DNA from: an uncultured delta proteobacterium
GTDB taxonomy: Bacteria; Myxococcota; Myxococcia; Myxococcales; Myxococcaceae
Assembly: GCA_963713045.1 (NCBI GenBank)
Contig: CAVQKE010000003.1
Location: 128,001-192,000 of the forward strand
Length of the DNA stretch: 64,000 bases
Direction of reading: 5' to 3'
Shown here: positions 20,006-28,010 of the stretch, in pieces
Numbering within the stretch: position 1 is the stretch's first letter
Layout of the letters: each line of letters opens with the position of its first letter
Notes under the pieces: generated by a model
Seen by the model: only the letters and a program-made list of their open reading frames with translations
What the model was told of the DNA's origin: nothing
Databases searched by the model: none
Program-made: the position numbers and the translations under genes

Positions 20006-21436
20006 ATGAGCCGCACCCTCAAAATTCTCTTCGCCATGCTCCTCTTCATCCCGGGGGTGTTGTTTGCCCTCAGCTGGCTGCAGTACCGGCTGGGCGGCTG
20101 GCTGGCCGCCGCCTGCCCCTTCTTCGGCTGGCAGCTGTGCGACATCGGAAGCCCCAGCCTCGCCTGGCTAAGCGCCCTCCTCTTCAACATGCTGCTCTTC
20201 GTGATGGTGCTGGCCACGCTGCTCACCGTGGCCGAGCGCAAGTGGAGCGCCTTCACCCAGGACCGCATCGGCCCGGAGCGGGCGCGCATCGGCCCGGCGT
20301 GGATGAAGAAGCATTCCTTTGGCGGCCTGCCCCACGTGGTGGCCGACGCGCTGAAGATGGTCTTCAAGGAAGATACCAGGCCCAAGGCGGCGGACCCGGA
20401 CCGCATTCTTTTCTGGCTGGGGCCGGTGCTGGCCTTCGCGCCGGTGTTTGCCCTGGCGGCCATCATCCCCTTCGGCCCCAGCGTCCCGGTGTCCGGCTAC
20501 GTCGTCTCGGCCCAGGTGGCCAATCCCAACTTCGGCCTGCTTTTCGTCTTCGCCATTGCCTCACTGGCCGTCTACGGCACCTCGCTGGCCGGCTGGGCCA
20601 GCAACAGCAAGTTTGCGCTGCTCGGCGGGGTGCGGGCCGCCTCGCAGATGATTAGCTACGAAGTGGCCCTCGGCCTGTCGCTGGTGGGGATGATGGTCGC
20701 CTTCTCCACCGTGCAGCTGCCGGTCCTGATTGGCTCGGCGGCCGCCGGGACCGGCCAGGCCCAATACCTGTGGGAAGGCAGCCTCTTCGGGGTGGACTTC
20801 GGCCTTCCGGCCTGGGGCATCTTCCTTCAGCCGCTTGGCTTTTTGCTTTTCTTCGCCGCCTCGTTTGCTGAGACGAAGCGGGCCCCCTTTGATGTCCCGG
20901 AGGGCGAGAGCGAGATTATTGGCTACTTCCTCGAATACTCCGGGATGAAGTTCGGCACCTTCATGATTAGTGAATTCATCGAGGTGGTGGTCCTGTCCGC
21001 CCTCATCGCGGCCATTTTTCTCGGCGGCTGGCACCTCGGCTTTGCCGGTGACGTTGCCTTGGCACAGGGACTCGGCCACAGCCACCCGGTGCTGTACGGG
21101 GCCTTCTGCGGCATGGTGTTTGGGCTGAAAGTCATCCTTCTTTGCTGGTTCCAGCTGATTGTGCGCTGGACGTTTCCGCGCTTCCGGTACGACCAAATCA
21201 TGACCCTCGGCTGGAAAATCCTTTTGCCTCTGGCACTCCTCAACGTCTTCGTCTCCGCCGCCCTGGTGCTGTTCGACCCAAGCTTGCACTGGCTGGCGGT
21301 GGTGGGGCTTTTGGAGATTGGCGTCCTTTTGGGCCTCACCCTCACCACCCAGGCGAAGGGCGGGCCCGAAGCGGCCGGCCATGGCAGCCCCGACGGGCAC
21401 GCGCTTCCGGCAGCGGCCGCCTCCGCCCACCACTAA
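20006..21436 (+). CDS. nuoH: NADH-quinone oxidoreductase subunit H
   Basis: [48 protein letters not shown]. Confidence 0.95.
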   Translation: MSRTLKILFAMLLFIPGVLFALSWLQYRLGGWLAAACPFFGWQLCDIGSPSLAWLSALLFNMLLFVMVLATLLTVAERKWSAFTQDRIGPERARIGPAWMKKHSFGGLPHVVADALKMVFKEDTRPKAADPDRILFWLGPVLAFAPVFALAAIIPFGPSVPVSGYVVSAQVANPNFGLLFVFAIASLAVYGTSLAGWASNSKFALLGGVRAASQMISYEVALGLSLVGMMVAFSTVQLPVLIGSAAAGTGQAQYLWEGSLFGVDFGLPAWGIFLQPLGFLLFFAASFAETKRAPFDVPEGESEIIGYFLEYSGMKFGTFMISEFIEVVVLSALIAAIFLGGWHLGFAGDVALAQGLGHSHPVLYGAFCGMVFGLKVILLCWFQLIVRWTFPRFRYDQIMTLGWKILLPLALLNVFVSAALVLFDPSLHWLAVVGLLEIGVLLGLTLTTQAKGGPEAAGHGSPDGHALPAAAASAHH

Positions 21437-21455
21437 AGCAGCCCCCCGGACCGCA

Positions 21456-22184
21456 ATGGCCTACTACCAGGCGAGCAAGGACCCCACCACCGACGTTCGC
21501 GAGCGCACCTTCGTGCCGACGCTGGTGCACGGGCTGGCCGTCACCATCCGTCACTTCATGCGGAACCTCTTCTACCCGAGGGACACCAACACCGACGTCC
21601 TCAACCGGACGGGCAAAAGTCAAATCACCACCGTCTCCTACCCCGAAGAAAGGATGACCTACCCGCCCGGGTACCGTGGGCTGCACCGCCTGGTCCCGCG
21701 CGAGGACGGTAAGCCACGCTGCGTGGCCTGCTACCTGTGCGCCACCATCTGCCCGGCGCAGTGCATCCACATTGAAGCCGGTGAATACCCCCCCAGCGAC
21801 GACTCCGCGGACTCGCGCGTCATTGAGAAGTACCCCACCAACTTCGTCATCGACGAGTTGCGCTGCATCGTGTGCGGGTTGTGCGTCGACGCCTGTCCGA
21901 AAGACGCCATCCGGATGGACACCGGGCGCCACACCCCGAGCGAATACACCCGCTCCGGCTTCGTCTGGGACATCCCGCGGCTGTTGGAAGGGCCCGCCGT
22001 CAGTCATCCCTCGGACCCTTGGCTGAAGCGTCCCAGTTCCCAGCGCCCCCCGGAGCACCCGGAAAAGCATGCCCGCATTGGCGACGGCCTGGTGCAGCTG
22101 AAACTGCCTGGCGGGACGCCGCACCCGGTGCGCACCGAAGTCACTTCCGGCCCGGTGCCCATCACCAAGTTTCTGCGGGACTAA
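21456..22184 (+). CDS. nuoI: NADH-quinone oxidoreductase subunit I
   Basis: Two CxxCxxCxxxCP motifs ([24 protein letters not shown]); YPEE, YRGLH. Confidence 0.93.
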   Translation: MAYYQASKDPTTDVRERTFVPTLVHGLAVTIRHFMRNLFYPRDTNTDVLNRTGKSQITTVSYPEERMTYPPGYRGLHRLVPREDGKPRCVACYLCATICPAQCIHIEAGEYPPSDDSADSRVIEKYPTNFVIDELRCIVCGLCVDACPKDAIRMDTGRHTPSEYTRSGFVWDIPRLLEGPAVSHPSDPWLKRPSSQRPPEHPEKHARIGDGLVQLKLPGGTPHPVRTEVTSGPVPITKFLRD

Positions 22185-22288
22185 GGGCGGCGCCTTTCCC
22201 CCGTCCCCCTGCGCCTTCTCTCACCGCCACCCGCTTTGGGCGTCCATTTGGTTCTCGGCGCAACCCAGGGGAGCATCTGCCTCTAGAC

Positions 22289-23581
22289 GTGGATGCCCCT
22301 CAAGAGTTTGCGCCGGCGCCCTGGCGCCTGCGCCTGGCTGCCCTGGGGGACACCCTGGGCCACCAGCGGCACCTGTTGGCCATCCGCGACGGCGTGGTGG
22401 GCGCCCTGCCGCTGGTGTTGACCGGCTCGGTGTTTCTCCTCCTCGCCCAGCCGCCCTCGCGCGCGCTTCAGGCTTGGGTGGCGCCCTTCGCGCCGCAGCT
22501 GCTGCTGCCCACCCGGGTGCTGGGGGGCGCCATCTCCCTGTACGTGGCCTTCGCCTCCGCCTACGCGCTGGCCAAAAGCTACCAATTGGACGCGGCCTCC
22601 TGCGGCCTGGTGGCCTTGGCCAGCTACCTGGTGGCGGCGGTGCAGCCGGCTCCGGCCGGGCAGCTGCCCGGCCTCGTCCTTCAGCGGCTCGGCGCCGGAG
22701 GCATTCTGGCCGCGCTGGCCATTGGGCTGGGCAGCGTGGAGCTGACGCGGCTGTTGGTGCGCCGCCGTTGGACGGTACGGCTTCCGCCGGGGACCCCGGA
22801 GGCGGTGGGGCGCAGCCTGTCGGCGTTGGTGCCGTGCCTGGCTTGCGTCAGCCTGGTGTTTTGCCTGGTCCACCTGTTGGGCGCGGACGTCATCCGGCTT
22901 TTGCAGCTGGCGGCGGTGCCGCTGCTGCACGCGGTGGGCAGCCTCCCCGGTGTCCTGGGCGTGGTGCTGCTCGACAGCAGCCTCTGGCTGTTGGGGGTGC
23001 ACGCCGGGGCGGTCGGCGCCTCGCTGCGGCCGCTGTGGGAGGCAATGCTGGTGCAAAACATGGACGCCGCGGCCAACGGTGCGGCGCTTCCGCACATTGC
23101 GCCGCTGCACTTCTACCTGTGGTTTGTCTGGCAGGGCGGCTCCGGCGCGGCGCTGGCGTTGGGACTGCTGCTGTTGCGCTGCCGGTCGGCGCAGCTGCGC
23201 AGCGTCGGCCGTCTGGGGTTTCTGCCGGCGGTGTGCAACGTGAATGAGCCACTCCTCTTCGGCGTCCCGGTTGTCCTCAACCCAAGCCTGGCCATCCCCT
23301 TTGTCCTGGCGCCCACCCTCAGCGCGCTGGTGGCCTACGGCGCCTTCAGCCTGGACTGGGTGCGGCGCCCGACGCTGGAAGTCCCCTGGACGCTGCCGGC
23401 CCCGGTGGGCGCCTTCCTCACCACCGCCGGGGACGTGCGGGCCGTCGCCCTGCAACTGTGCACGCTTGCGTTGAGTGTTGCCATCTACTGGCCCTTCGTC
23501 CGCCGCTATGACGCCCGGCTGTTGGCCGAGGAGGGCCAACAGCGGGCCGGGGGACTTCCGTCCGGCGGAAGCAACCCGTAA
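22289..23581 (+). CDS. PTS EIIC permease, cellobiose/chitobiose (CelB/ChbC) family; start approximate
   Basis: HLLAIRDG..LP...GSVFLL, LWLLGVH, GGSGA, NVNEPLLFGVPVVLNP, PWTLPAP, IYWPFVRRYD. Confidence 0.85.
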   Translation: MDAPQEFAPAPWRLRLAALGDTLGHQRHLLAIRDGVVGALPLVLTGSVFLLLAQPPSRALQAWVAPFAPQLLLPTRVLGGAISLYVAFASAYALAKSYQLDAASCGLVALASYLVAAVQPAPAGQLPGLVLQRLGAGGILAALAIGLGSVELTRLLVRRRWTVRLPPGTPEAVGRSLSALVPCLACVSLVFCLVHLLGADVIRLLQLAAVPLLHAVGSLPGVLGVVLLDSSLWLLGVHAGAVGASLRPLWEAMLVQNMDAAANGAALPHIAPLHFYLWFVWQGGSGAALALGLLLLRCRSAQLRSVGRLGFLPAVCNVNEPLLFGVPVVLNPSLAIPFVLAPTLSALVAYGAFSLDWVRRPTLEVPWTLPAPVGAFLTTAGDVRAVALQLCTLALSVAIYWPFVRRYDARLLAEEGQQRAGGLPSGGSNP

Positions 23582-23602
23582 ACCTGCATTTCAGGAAGGG
23601 CT

Positions 23603-23953
23603 GTGCCGCGCTACCGCATCTCCGTCTGTCGGGGTCCCGACTGTCGCCGCAACGGCGCGGAGCGCGTCCTCACGGCGGCCACCCAGGCGGTGGAGGCCCA
23701 AGGGTTACAGGCCAAGTGCGTGCTGGCGCGCGGGGGCTGCTATGGGCTGTGCCACCTCGGGCCGAACGTGGTGGTGCGCGAGGAGCGGCAGCGCCCCAAG
23801 GACGTCTTCGCGCAGGAGGACTTCCAACTGATGGGCTGGCCGGACGAGGTGCACTACGCGGAGATGACGGCAGAAAAAGTCACCCGCGTCATCGCCGAGC
23901 ACATTGGGGGAGATGCGCCGGTGCAAAGTTTGCGCGGGGCCCGAGAGGACTAG
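23603..23953 (+). CDS. Thioredoxin-like (2Fe-2S) ferredoxin
   Basis: VCRGPDC and GGCYGLCHLGPNVVV; Y....EKV.RVIAEH. Confidence 0.88.
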   Translation: MPRYRISVCRGPDCRRNGAERVLTAATQAVEAQGLQAKCVLARGGCYGLCHLGPNVVVREERQRPKDVFAQEDFQLMGWPDEVHYAEMTAEKVTRVIAEHIGGDAPVQSLRGARED

Positions 23954-24111
23954 CCGGTGGGCCTAAAACCATCGGACGGCCGGGCTGAAAGCCGGCCCGG
24001 GGCCAACGGCGGAAGGGGGCCTTTGGGAATGCTGGAGGCGCGGGGCGAGCGCCCGCGTCATGGCCGGGGCCTCCCAGGCGGGGAGCCGCCGGCCCCGGGG
24101 ACCCCCTTGGA

Positions 24112-24132
24112 CGTCAATTGGCCCAGTTGACG
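24112..24132. promoter_or_regulatory. Inverted repeat CGTCAA-N9-TTGACG upstream of the first lipoprotein pair
   Basis: CGTCAATTGGCCCAGTTGACG is a near-perfect palindrome. Confidence 0.4.
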
Positions 24133-24261
24133 CTGGACGTTCGGCCCCGAACGGGGTAGGCGAACGAGCGGACCGGGGGGGGCATGCGCTCCACCCGGAG
24201 GGTTTAACCCGTGAGGGGCAGCCGCCTCTCCGTCGAGACCGAATACCAACGAGGAACCGAC

Positions 24262-24597
24262 ATGCGACACCTCAGCAAGTTGCTTCTCGCCGGCGCACTC
24301 ATCAGCGGCTGCGCCACCACACCCGAGGGTCCCCCGCCCAAGTGGCTGACCAACGCGCAGGACGCGGTGGCCGCAGCCCAGGCCGCTGGAGCCGACCAGG
24401 TGCCTGCGGCGCAGGCGCATTTGCAGAAGGCGCAGACGGCGTTGGCCGCGGCTCAGTCGGGTAAGGGTGACGTGCAGACGAAGGCTGCGTTTGCCACCGC
24501 CGAGGCGAACCTGGCGGGAAACCTAGCCAAGCAAGCCAAAGTGCAGGCTGACCTCCAGGCCGCCACCACCCAGCTCAACACGCTGAAGGCTCAGTGA
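24262..24597 (+). CDS. DUF4398-like lipoprotein
   Basis: Lipobox LISGC; Ala/Gln-rich helices (AVAAAQAAGA...HLQKAQ); RBS GAGGA. Confidence 0.75.
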   Translation: MRHLSKLLLAGALISGCATTPEGPPPKWLTNAQDAVAAAQAAGADQVPAAQAHLQKAQTALAAAQSGKGDVQTKAAFATAEANLAGNLAKQAKVQADLQAATTQLNTLKAQ

Positions 24598-24620
24598 CCG
24601 CGCCGGACACCGAGGAAAAA

Positions 24621-25484
24621 ATGACGACCCAGACCTCCAAGACGCTTGCCGTCGCCGTCGCCGCCCTCGCCCTCCTCGCGGGCTGCACCACCCTGGAACC
24701 CTCGCCCGACCTGCTGGCAGCGCGCAGCGGGTATGCGGCCATGGCCAACAGCACCAACCCGGCCAACGCCGCCGAGCGCGGCCAAGCCGCGGCCGCCCTC
24801 CAAAAGGCCAACGACGCCCTCAAGAGTGGCGACCAGACGCTGGCCAACAACACCGCGCAACTTGCCAACCTCAAGGTGCAGAACGCCCAAGTGGTGGGCG
24901 ACACCTCCGACGCCGCGGCCCGGCTGGTGGGGACGCAGAATGAGACCATTGCCATCGCCCACGCCAAAGGACGGGGCGCCCAGGGCGTGGCTGCCGCTGC
25001 CTCTGCCGCCACCAGTGCCACGCAGCAGCAGATTGCCGATGCGCAGGCGGCGGCCGCCGCGGCCGAAGCGCGGCGCCAAAACGCACTCAACACCCTCAAA
25101 ATGTTCGCCAACGTGGTGGAGGACAAGGACCGCGGCCTGGTCATCAGCATCGGCGGCGAGACGCTGTTCAAGTCGAATTCGGCGAAATTCGGACCCAGTG
25201 CCAACCAGGAGTTGACGGCGCTGGCAGTGTACCTGGCGCTGGACCCACGGCCCACCGTCGTCGAGGGCCACACCTCCAACACCGGCACCGCGGCCCACAA
25301 CATGACGCTTTCCCAAGAGAGGGCCAAGGGCGTGATGGACTACCTCATTGCCCAGGGAGTGTCGCCTGACCGGATTACCTCGGTCGGCTTCGGCGAAACG
25401 CGCCCCATTGCCGACAACAAGACGAAGGCCGGCCGCGCGCTGAACCGGCGCGTGGACGTGGTGATGGTGAAGGCCGCCAACTAA
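24621..25484 (+). CDS. OmpA-family lipoprotein (copy 1)
   Basis: Lipobox LLAGC, coiled coil, OmpA_C with VEGHTS, LSQERA, GFGETRPIADN, NRRVDV. Confidence 0.9.
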   Translation: MTTQTSKTLAVAVAALALLAGCTTLEPSPDLLAARSGYAAMANSTNPANAAERGQAAAALQKANDALKSGDQTLANNTAQLANLKVQNAQVVGDTSDAAARLVGTQNETIAIAHAKGRGAQGVAAAASAATSATQQQIADAQAAAAAAEARRQNALNTLKMFANVVEDKDRGLVISIGGETLFKSNSAKFGPSANQELTALAVYLALDPRPTVVEGHTSNTGTAAHNMTLSQERAKGVMDYLIAQGVSPDRITSVGFGETRPIADNKTKAGRALNRRVDVVMVKAAN

Positions 25485-25571
25485 GGACGGCGCCAGGAAC
25501 GCCGACGACGCCGGCGTGGCAGCCGGCGTCCCCTGGCAGGCGCATGGCGCGCCGCGGCGGGTAGCGGGGTA

Positions 25572-25591
25572 TGCGTCAGACAGGTGACGCA
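25572..25591. promoter_or_regulatory. Inverted repeat TGCGTCA-N6-TGACGCA (operator or hairpin)
   Basis: Perfect 7-bp arms, extendable by GGGGT/ACCCC, in the intergenic gap before the second pair. Confidence 0.4.
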
Positions 25592-25719
25592 CCACCCCAC
25601 ATATTTGTGTTGTGCGCCCCCCCAGGGAGGTGGCAGACACACGGAGCGTTCCCCTCCTCGGTAAAACGAGGCCAGGAGTCGCTGGGTGGGGGAAACCAAA
25701 ACGACGGACGAGGAGCCCA

Positions 25720-26070
25720 ATGCGACACCTCAGCAAGTTGATTTTTGCGAGCGCGCTCAGTGCCGGCTGCGCGACCGCTGTCCCCCAGGCGAAAATCGAC
25801 GGCACGCAGAAGGCCATCGCCAATGCCGAAACCAGTGTCGGTAGCCAGGGCGGAGCAGCCGCCGAGCGGCTCGCAATCGCCAAGAAGGAGTTTGACCAGG
25901 CGATGGCGATGTCCAAGGCGGGCGACAACAACGGCGCTGTCCAGACGCTGGCCAAGGCCGAAGCGGACGCCAAGCTGGCCGGGGCGCTCGGCGCCGAGGG
26001 GAATACCCGCGCCCAGCTGCAGGCCGTGAACGACCAGATTCAGACCCTGAAGACGCAGCTCGGAAAGTAA
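25720..26070 (+). CDS. DUF4398-like lipoprotein (paralog)
   Basis: Lipobox LSAGC; first 21 nt identical to the gene at 24262; KAEADAKLA. Confidence 0.75.
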   Translation: MRHLSKLIFASALSAGCATAVPQAKIDGTQKAIANAETSVGSQGGAAAERLAIAKKEFDQAMAMSKAGDNNGAVQTLAKAEADAKLAGALGAEGNTRAQLQAVNDQIQTLKTQLGK

Positions 26071-26085
26071 GGAGAGCTCACCACC

Positions 26086-26946
26086 ATGACCCCCCTCAGC
26101 AAGAAGCTGTCCTGGGTTGCCGCGGTCGGCCTGCTCGCCTCCGGCTGCGCCACACCTTCGAAGGAGCTGGCTGACGCCCGCACCACCTACGCGCGCGTCT
26201 CCTCCGGACCCGCCGCTCAGACCAACCCGGTGGAGGTCGCCGACGCGAGGAAAGCCCTCGACCAGGCCAATGACCTCGGCGCCGGGGATGACAAGGCCTA
26301 CGTCGCCACGCGCAAGGCCGAGTACGCCGAGGCCCTGTCGCGCAATGCCCAGGCCGGCAAAGACGTGCAGGCGGCGAACATCCAGCTGGCGTCGCTCCAA
26401 GCCGAGTACCTGCAAAACGTCAACATGCGGATAGCCGCCGAGAACGCCGCCGCCGCCGCTGCGCTGAACAAACTTGGAAAGACACAGGCCCAGCTCGACG
26501 CCGAGCGCGCTGCCGCCGCTGCTGCTCAGGCTCGGGCCCAGGCCGCCCTGGCGAAAATCCGCGGAAAGCTGACCCAGTCCGACCGCGGCACGGTCATCAC
26601 CCTCCCCGGAGCGCTGCTGTTTCCGAGCGGCAAGGCGACCCTGACCGCTGGTGGCAAGCGCAACATTGACCCGCTGATGGAGTTCATGCGCCTCGACGGC
26701 CGCAAAATCCTGATCGAGGGCTACACCGACTCGAGAGGCAAGGCGGCCTTCAATCAGAAGCTGTCGCAGCAGCGCGCCGACACGGTGATGAACGACATCA
26801 TCAAGTACGGCAACATCCCTGCCGACAAAATTAGCGCCCAAGGAATGGGTCCGGCGAACCCAATTGGCGACAACAAAACGGCTGATGGCCGTCAGCTCAA
26901 CCGGCGCGTGGAAATTATTCTCCTCGGCCCGCCGCCCAACCCCTGA
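26086..26946 (+). CDS. OmpA-family lipoprotein (copy 2)
   Basis: Lipobox LASGC, RGTVITL..LLF, EGYTDS, LSQQRA, NRRVEI. Confidence 0.92.
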   Translation: MTPLSKKLSWVAAVGLLASGCATPSKELADARTTYARVSSGPAAQTNPVEVADARKALDQANDLGAGDDKAYVATRKAEYAEALSRNAQAGKDVQAANIQLASLQAEYLQNVNMRIAAENAAAAAALNKLGKTQAQLDAERAAAAAAQARAQAALAKIRGKLTQSDRGTVITLPGALLFPSGKATLTAGGKRNIDPLMEFMRLDGRKILIEGYTDSRGKAAFNQKLSQQRADTVMNDIIKYGNIPADKISAQGMGPANPIGDNKTADGRQLNRRVEIILLGPPPNP

Positions 26947-27131
26947 CACTGCCCGGGGTGTCCGCAGTTCTTCGGCGGCGCCCCGAAGTCCATCGCCGGC
27001 CTGCCGGACGCCTTCGCCCGGAGCTGCCGGCCAGGGGGCCTAACCGGGCAAAGCGGCTTCGCCCGCCACGGCCAAGGTAGGCTGGCCGGGGCTTGGACAG
27101 CGTGGCGAAAGTCCCCGGAGGGCGCACCCAC

Positions 27132-28010
27132 ATGACGCCGTTTCAGAAGAGACTGTCCTCCGTTGCTGGGGTGTGCCTGCTCGCCTCCGCCTGCGCCGAA
27201 ACCCCGAAGGAGCTTGTTGCCGCCCGGGCGGAGTACACGCAGGCTTCCGCCGGACCGGCCGCCGAAACCAACCCGGTGGAAGTGGCCGAGGCAAAGAAGG
27301 CCTTGGACCAGGCGGAGGAGGCCTGCTACTCCTGCTGGGACGTCAACGCTGGCCGGGAGAAAGCGTACGTCGCGCTGCGCAAGGCGGAATATGCCGAGGC
27401 GCTGTCGCGCAATGCGCAAGCCGGCGAGCAGCTCCAGTCAGCGAACCTTCAACTCGCCGCGCTGCAGGCTGAGTACCTGACCAACGTCAACGCGCGGGTG
27501 GCCGCCGAGAACGCCGCCGCTGCCGCTGCGCTGGGGAAGCTTGGCAAGACGAAGGCCGAGCTCGACGCCGACCGGGCGGCCGCCGCAGCCGCCCAAGCCA
27601 AGGCCCAAGCCGCCCTCGCCAAAATTCGCGGAAAGCTGACCCAGTCCGACCGCGGCACCGTGATTACCCTACCGGGAGCGCTACTTTTTCCCTCCGGGCA
27701 AAGTGCCCTCAGCCCGGGCGGGCGGCGCAACTTGGTGCCCCTGTTGGACTTCATCCGCAGCGACGGCCGGAAAATCCTGATTGAAGGCTACACCGATTCG
27801 AAGGGCGCGCCGGCCTTCAACCAAAAGCTGTCGCAACAGCGCGCCGACACGGTGCGCAAGGAGATGATTGAGGACGGCAACATTCCCGCCGACCGAATTA
27901 CCGCCCAAGGGATGGGCGCGGCCAACCCGCTGGGCGACAACCAGACGGCCGAAGGGCGGCAACTCAACCGGCGCGTGGAGATTATTCTCCTCGGCCCGCC
28001 GCCAAGCTAG
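27132..28010 (+). CDS. OmpA-family lipoprotein (copy 3, close paralog of copy 2)
   Basis: Lipobox LASAC; long identical stretches shared with copy 2. Confidence 0.92.
   Translation: MTPFQKRLSSVAGVCLLASACAETPKELVAARAEYTQASAGPAAETNPVEVAEAKKALDQAEEACYSCWDVNAGREKAYVALRKAEYAEALSRNAQAGEQLQSANLQLAALQAEYLTNVNARVAAENAAAAAALGKLGKTKAELDADRAAAAAAQAKAQAALAKIRGKLTQSDRGTVITLPGALLFPSGQSALSPGGRRNLVPLLDFIRSDGRKILIEGYTDSKGAPAFNQKLSQQRADTVRKEMIEDGNIPADRITAQGMGAANPLGDNQTAEGRQLNRRVEIILLGPPPS

Noticed and set aside
26947..27131. Possible c-di-GMP riboswitch (GGGCAAAGC) before OmpA copy 3
   Set aside because: I could not build the GNRA-capped P2 stem or the P3 receptor stem
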